Shown: piece after piece, positions 46,601-49,881 of the stretch
How positions within the stretch are numbered: the stretch's first letter is position 1
Layout: every line of letters starts with the position of its first letter
Assembly: GCA_002633005.1 (NCBI GenBank)
Contig: NMRA01000327.1
Location: 19,037-68,917, forward strand
Direction: 5' to 3'
Origin: Phoronis australis
Lineage: Eukaryota > Animalia > Phoronida
DNA: 49,881 bases
Made by a program: the position numbers and the translations under genes
The notes under the pieces: model-generated
Seen by the model: only the letters and a program-made list of their open reading frames with translations
Database searches by the model: none
Told to the model about the DNA's origin: nothing

Positions 46601-49070
46601 CAACAGCATGTCTTGCTTGATTATTATGCAAAACGTCAGAAGAAATAATTCAAGTTCTAAAATAGAAAGTGTTAACACGCCAGGATTTAGTTTTCTTCAA
46701 GTGCACTGTGCCCTGGGTGAAGCTCAAAGCAGGAGACAGAGGTAGTATGTTTGGCGTGTTACACCATTTGAGACTTTCATTTAAAACAGATGTTGAAAGC
46801 CATTGTCATTACCTATAAAACGTAAGATGCCTGTCAATATGAAGTTGCATTAAAAATGCAAGGTTTCATTGCAATACAATTTTTATTGACTTTTGTCTCA
46901 TTAACTGTTAAACAGTTTTCATCTCGGACTCTTTTTATCTTTCTTTTACAAGACGAAGATTTTCAGTGATGGATAATGTCATAAATATGTAATGTTCTAA
47001 AAGCAGGTGAAGTGGCATAGTTGATAACTTACCCTGATTCAGTGCTGCCACCTATGGACCTGGCTAACTTCCCTAAAGCTTTGGAGTAATCATCCTCTAT
47101 CTTGGACCTATAAGAAGAAAGAGCTTAGCATGATACAGGAACTCAGGGGAAAATTCTAGAAATGCAATCAATACTATCATCACTACTTTATGGTATTGAA
47201 TATTATAACTTACAAAACATACATGAATTTAATGCATTTCTTAAAGATAAAACTGGAGATGCAAAAAGGACAAACATTGACAAGGCTTTGGTCCATTTTT
47301 TCTTTGCAAAAGAAAGTATCAACCAAGTGTTACCACTACATGATTGAGAAAAGATCTATTCACCTTTGTTTCAGAAAGTCTTCAAAACTTTTACACATTC
47401 CTCGACCATCTTTGAGCCTTTTACACAAAATGTCAAACCCAAGAGTACTGTTGAAATCATGTTCCTGAAATATAACAACACTGTACAATGCAATAAAATG
47501 AAATTCAATACAACACAAAAATGACATGTTTCCCCAAGAAATTGATTGAAAAGTACTGCACAAAAGAAGAATTATAATACATCTCAAAAACTGGCTTGAC
47601 TGGTGTTGAAAGACGAGAAGTCAAATCAACAACCATTAATATTTAAGCCAACACTTAAGACAGGAGAATGACTGTAAATGTAGGTCTTTCATTTCATTTA
47701 ACATTCTATAAAGACTTCTGGGGTATCTATCCAAGAAGTCTTCATCCTACCCCATGTGATTTGGTTGAAAAATGGCTGCATCTGCGATTTTGTTGATATG
47801 AAAGTACGCATCAGAAAGAAATCTTGATTATGTTAACTACAACCGTCCATCGAGGTTCAACTTGGTACCTATTTAAGGCGTGGCTCCATCTGTTCATTGG
47901 TCGTTCATGTGATTGCCATAACTATCCCTAAAAAATCTGGGTCCTTAGCTTTTTGTCTGAGCTTCTAAAATTTGAAAGCTAATGGTCCATTAGATGACTA
48001 GCTAGTTTTAATTAAAGTATATTCCTGAGCAATTGTAAAAAAGTTTGCGCTGCTATGTTGGGTTGTATGAAACAGTTCCAAATAGAGACTAAACTAAGTT
48101 CCCTAAACCTACTGTGTATTTGTGGACTTGCAAAAACACTCATTGTCCTTCGTTCTGCTGTTTTAGTTTCATTACTTGGTCAACTTTTGGCTTTGATACA
48201 AATCGAGAGTGAGCTCAACATTGAATTTGCAATATTATCAAAACTATTTAGGGATCTTTTCATGCAACACTCCTAACTTATGGACTAAGTCTCTAATTAT
48301 TTTCATTGAATTCAGGGCTCAGTTTTTATTAGAAATTGTCATAAGTCGATGAGGAAGTCATAATAAAGATAAAATGAAAGAGTAAACAAAGATACGGACA
48401 GGCAAAAGATTTATACCCGGCACTGGAGCTCACAACAAATTATATAGTGCAAAAATCCATTAACTATACAAACTGTTATTGGCCAGAGAACCAAAACTGA
48501 AACAGAAACTCAGACTTTGCCAACTTCAGATACCTGGAAATCCAGAATTTTTTTAACAAAAAACAAGAATGCAAACCAAATGAATGGTTTGGCTTATTCT
48601 AAAACAACATTAAACCAAACAGGCATGCTTTCTGTCAACAAAAAAGTGTTGTTTTGGGTTACTCACATTATGAAATTGGCCTCACTGAACTAGTTAATTA
48701 AGTTAAACCCTCAAAATAGGTGTGACATCTGGGCTTGAAAGGAATTGGCAGTTTGTAATTGATTGATTGATTTTTTAGACCAAGCTCATCAAAACTTCAG
48801 ATCAAGAACTGTTAGTTGTTCTCAAGACCAGAGATCACTTAGAAACTGAGTTTAAGATACCAAGTCACTGACTGATATTGAAAAAGCAAAACTTGATCGA
48901 GACAATTTGCACAAGCAGTCTAAATCAAAAGTTGTTTTGTGACAGAAAGCACTGGTTAATATTAGTTGGTCAACTAATAAACGATGTTTTATTGACTTTC
49001 CTCAACCACCAGAACATCAGAATGAAAAACTTACCCAAAAAGAGTCCACGAACCCCGGTTTTACAGTCAT
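29408..49070 (-). CDS. PSTPIP1: PSTPIP1-like F-BAR + SH3 protein gene (13 coding exons, 1260 nt, ~419 aa)
   Basis: MTVKPGFVDSFW/EHDFNSTLGFDILCKRLKDGRGMCK matches the PSTPIP N-terminus (F..AFW..DF....G...L..RL.DGR.MCK). FLRNEMWIHTN matches LRNALWVHSN. C-terminal SH3 present. All introns GT-AG and phases consistent. Probably co-orthologous to vertebrate PSTPIP1/2. Confidence 0.92.
29729..31012. repeat. 29-bp minisatellite in two blocks (29729-30143, 30730-31012) split by a ~590-bp insertion
   Basis: Unit cagcagcagacatctgacatacaacccta; the insertion ends in aaatcctggatgaagccct, a MITE-like terminus. Confidence 0.88.
31477..31580 (-). CDS. PSTPIP1: PSTPIP-like exon 12 (GIYASV, SH3 start)
   Basis: ttttgcAG / GTGAGT, phase 1-0. 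Confidence 0.85.
31722..31936. mobile_element. Palindromic MITE (~215 bp)
   Basis: accttaat..tctaagtcaaa..gtcaaccattaaa..ttttctgaaa mirrored on the right arm. Confidence 0.7.
32284..32407. repeat. ~30-bp minisatellite adjoining the LINE 5' end
   Basis: gttgggccaagtacatcacttcatcactttatcatt-like units, ~4 copies. Confidence 0.8.
32408..34563 (+). mobile_element. 5'-truncated L1/Tx1-clade non-LTR retrotransposon (RT pseudogene), antisense to PSTPIP in intron 11
   Basis: FLDFCKAYDTIKWDF, GVRQGDSLSGPLF, QYADDTT; frameshifted ORF2 tail, C-x2-C..H..C knuckle, AATAAA + A-tail at ~34544-34563; candidate TSD atcaatg. Confidence 0.92.
33920..34150. repeat. 32-bp tandem repeat, 7 copies, inside the LINE zinc-knuckle codons
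   Basis: tgtggaactgttgagacttttaaccatatgtt. Confidence 0.95.
34613..34672. repeat. (GT)n microsatellite
   Basis: gtgtgt run with gc interruptions. Confidence 0.95.
34832..34984 (-). CDS. PSTPIP1: PSTPIP-like exon 11 (Pro-rich linker)
   Basis: APQLYVNY...RRPPLPLP; ttttgcAG / GTGAGT, phase 1-1. Confidence 0.85.
34981..35185. repeat. 38-bp minisatellite duplicating the PSTPIP exon-11 acceptor, ~5 copies
   Basis: ggagctgYaaYacagaaacttt..aagtg..cactag at 34981, 35019, 35057... Confidence 0.88.
35520..36232 (+). mobile_element. Degenerate Helentron/HINE-like element with ~140-bp internal repeats
   Basis: Repeated aagtttcattgaaatc and ccacYagRgg motifs; ends ggacatctggacag..gacaatatatg like 41770-41810; boundaries approximate. 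Confidence 0.5.
36380..36540. mobile_element. 161-bp MITE with CAS.GGCGGAT termini and 5-bp TSD (ATCAG)
   Basis: atcag|CACTGGCGGATTTAG ... CTGGATCCGCCCCTG|atcag. Confidence 0.85.
37000..37096 (-). CDS. PSTPIP1: PSTPIP-like exon 10
   Basis: HYEQMRQVLEHCDIEGDLKSFIDEKKTGAERP; ctttcAG / GTAGCT. Confidence 0.93.
38187..39725. mobile_element. Tc1/mariner-pogo-type DNA transposon, perfect 24-bp TIRs, TA TSD, subterminal ttaaccgccc repeats; spans the gap
   Basis: ta|CCGTAATCGTTCGGGTTAACGCCC ... GGGCGTTAACCCGAACGATTACGG|ta. Confidence 0.9.
38388..39146. other. Assembly gap (759 N)
   Basis: Run of n. Confidence 1.
39933..40031 (-). CDS. PSTPIP1: PSTPIP-like exon 9
   Basis: RFQELEESRIQFLRNEMWIHTNLGSQTCVQDDD; tttcAG / GTGAGT. 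Confidence 0.95.
40788..40867 (-). CDS. PSTPIP1: PSTPIP-like exon 8
   Basis: DSHYNNCSVSLEDARKEWEISMENACR; gttacAG / GTAGGC. Confidence 0.9.
40976..41845 (+). mobile_element. Helentron/HINE-like non-autonomous element: ~140-bp tandem units, GACA-type microsatellite, 3' stem-loop
   Basis: ccactag motifs at 41084, 41226, 41355, 41503, 41646 (420-bp higher-order match); gacggacacccagacagacag; hairpin tatgcacccacata..tatgtgggggcata followed by A run. Confidence 0.65.
42393..42438 (-). CDS. PSTPIP1: PSTPIP-like exon 7
   Basis: IQSRKDKCSSDAEKA; cttacAG / GTAAAG. Confidence 0.87.
42957..43061 (-). CDS. PSTPIP1: PSTPIP-like exon 6
   Basis: AKKLCESKCKAEEEA...KELEK; tctcAG / GTAATC. Confidence 0.9.
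43771..43960. repeat. ~49-bp degenerate minisatellite, resumes at 45582-45625
   Basis: tagaggat..caa.ggatagccagctgtacag units either side of an insertion. Confidence 0.75.
43966..45581. mobile_element. Non-autonomous hAT-like DNA transposon (~1.6 kb)
   Basis: CAGTGCTCAA..aaaaatacgagtga at left mirrored by tcactcgtattttt..TTCAAGCCCTG at right; interrupts the minisatellite. Confidence 0.65.
45885..45947 (-). CDS. PSTPIP1: PSTPIP-like exon 5
   Basis: VEDDVRKYQTAKQQLYKKTMD; ttttaAG / GTAAGT. Confidence 0.9.
46276..46417 (-). CDS. PSTPIP1: PSTPIP-like exon 4
   Basis: SLRKSWDEIKHQTEAISKSH; tggcAG / GTAAGT. Confidence 0.93.
47033..47107 (-). CDS. PSTPIP1: PSTPIP-like exon 3
   Basis: RSKIEDDYSKALGKLA; ttatAG / GTAAGT. 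Confidence 0.93.
47364..47464 (-). CDS. PSTPIP1: PSTPIP-like exon 2 (FCH)
   Basis: EHDFNSTLGFDILCKRLKDGRGMCKSFEDFLKQ; tttcAG / GTGAAT. Confidence 0.95.
49035..49070 (-). CDS. PSTPIP1: PSTPIP-like exon 1 (MTVKPGFVDSFW)
   Basis: ATG at 49070, GTAAGT donor, 36 nt. Confidence 0.88.
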
Positions 49071-49294
49071 ATTGAATGTAGTTGTAGAAACTTGGCTGGT
49101 TATAAACCAGGAAACTTCTGATTAGTTCCGGGTTTCTCTGCTGGTTCCCAATAAACACTGAAACGAAAAATCAGAAATAAAACCAGTGTGACCTACTTCA
49201 GAAACCTCGTTTTGTGCGAGACTAGGAGCACACTGGCGAGCGTGAGTGAGAAGTTTGTGTGTCGGCTAATCGTCTCCAGTTTGAACTCTACAAA
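49071..49294. promoter_or_regulatory. Putative bidirectional promoter / 5' UTRs shared by PSTPIP-like and FAH
   Basis: Divergent ATGs 224 bp apart; inferred from geometry, no TSS data. Confidence 0.65.
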
Positions 49295-49375
49295 ATGTCT
49301 TTCGTGGATGTAAACCCGGACAGTCATTTCCCTATCAACAATCTACCATATGGCGTGTTTTCAAGTGCTGACAAT
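49295..49375 (+). CDS. FAH: Fumarylacetoacetase, first coding exon (MSFVDVNPDSHFPINNLPYGVFSSADN); gene continues beyond window
   Basis: caaaATG context; S.FP..NLPYGVFS signature of the FAH N-terminus; GTAAGT donor at 49376. Confidence 0.93.
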
Positions 49376-49719
49376 GTAAGTATGGTAGTTATTCGACCTT
49401 GTCTCCCTGTAGCCAGAGCCAGCTAGCTGTAGACTGTCGTCAAAATACAGGTAGGACCACAGGCGTCCTCAGCTTCTGATCGTCCCAATACACTACATAT
49501 AATACTACAAGGTAGGACACTCCTGACTAGAAATTCCACGGGTGCTTCATTTCAGCCGTCCATAGCAAACATAAAACTCAATAAATTTACACAAAACAGA
49601 GGTTTAACAAACCATGAAGAATTGTTCTTTTTCCCAATACCATTCACGGTGTCCTGTTCCGGCGACTTCGTAAGAAATTCGCAGTCAAAGAACAAAAATG
49701 TTCACAAAAAACCCCCGCG

Positions 49720-49881
49720 CACGTCCATCGGTTGCCGCTCGAGGTCAAGGACGGTACGGAAATTGCCGGTGAGTTACGGAAGTACCGACATCGGTCGCGT
49801 AAAGTCACGATGTCGGTACTTCCGTAACTCACCGGCAATTTCCGTACCGTCCTTGACCTCGAGCGGCAACCGATGGACGTG
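49720..49881. repeat. Perfect palindrome (74-bp arms, 14-nt spacer) in FAH intron 1; probably the centre of a foldback MITE running off the window
   Basis: 49720-49793 is the exact reverse complement of 49808-49881. Confidence 0.95.

Overview
Intron-rich animal genomic DNA, probably from a marine invertebrate (taxon is a guess), with one 759-nt assembly gap. I assembled three protein-coding genes by hand from GT-AG splice sites with consistent phases. (1) + strand 1409-25700: a 29-coding-exon, ~1379-aa NIMA-related kinase of the NEK8/NEK9 type. It has an acidic N-terminus, an ECT2L/DUF4347-like domain, the kinase, RCC1 repeats, a PxWxxxEL motif, a coiled coil and a C-terminal CaaX box (SKI-CVLS). 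(2) - strand 49070-29408: a 13-exon, ~419-aa PSTPIP1-like F-BAR protein with a degenerate SH3 domain, convergent with the kinase. (3) + strand 49295-49375: the first coding exon of fumarylacetoacetase (FAH), head-to-head with the PSTPIP gene (224 bp between ATGs). Introns hold many mobile elements: an L1/Tx1 LINE relic, an ISL2EU/Harbinger transposase relic, two TA-flanked CCGTA-TIR elements (one with a decayed HIRAN-like ORF), hAT-like MITEs, Helentron/HINE-like satellite-bearing elements and foldback palindromes. There are also many minisatellites, several of which copy the neighbouring splice site. Best novelty candidate: a prenylated, possibly PDE6D/cilium-targeted, DUF4347-fused NEK8/9 kinase. 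No database searches were run; family calls rest on motif recognition.
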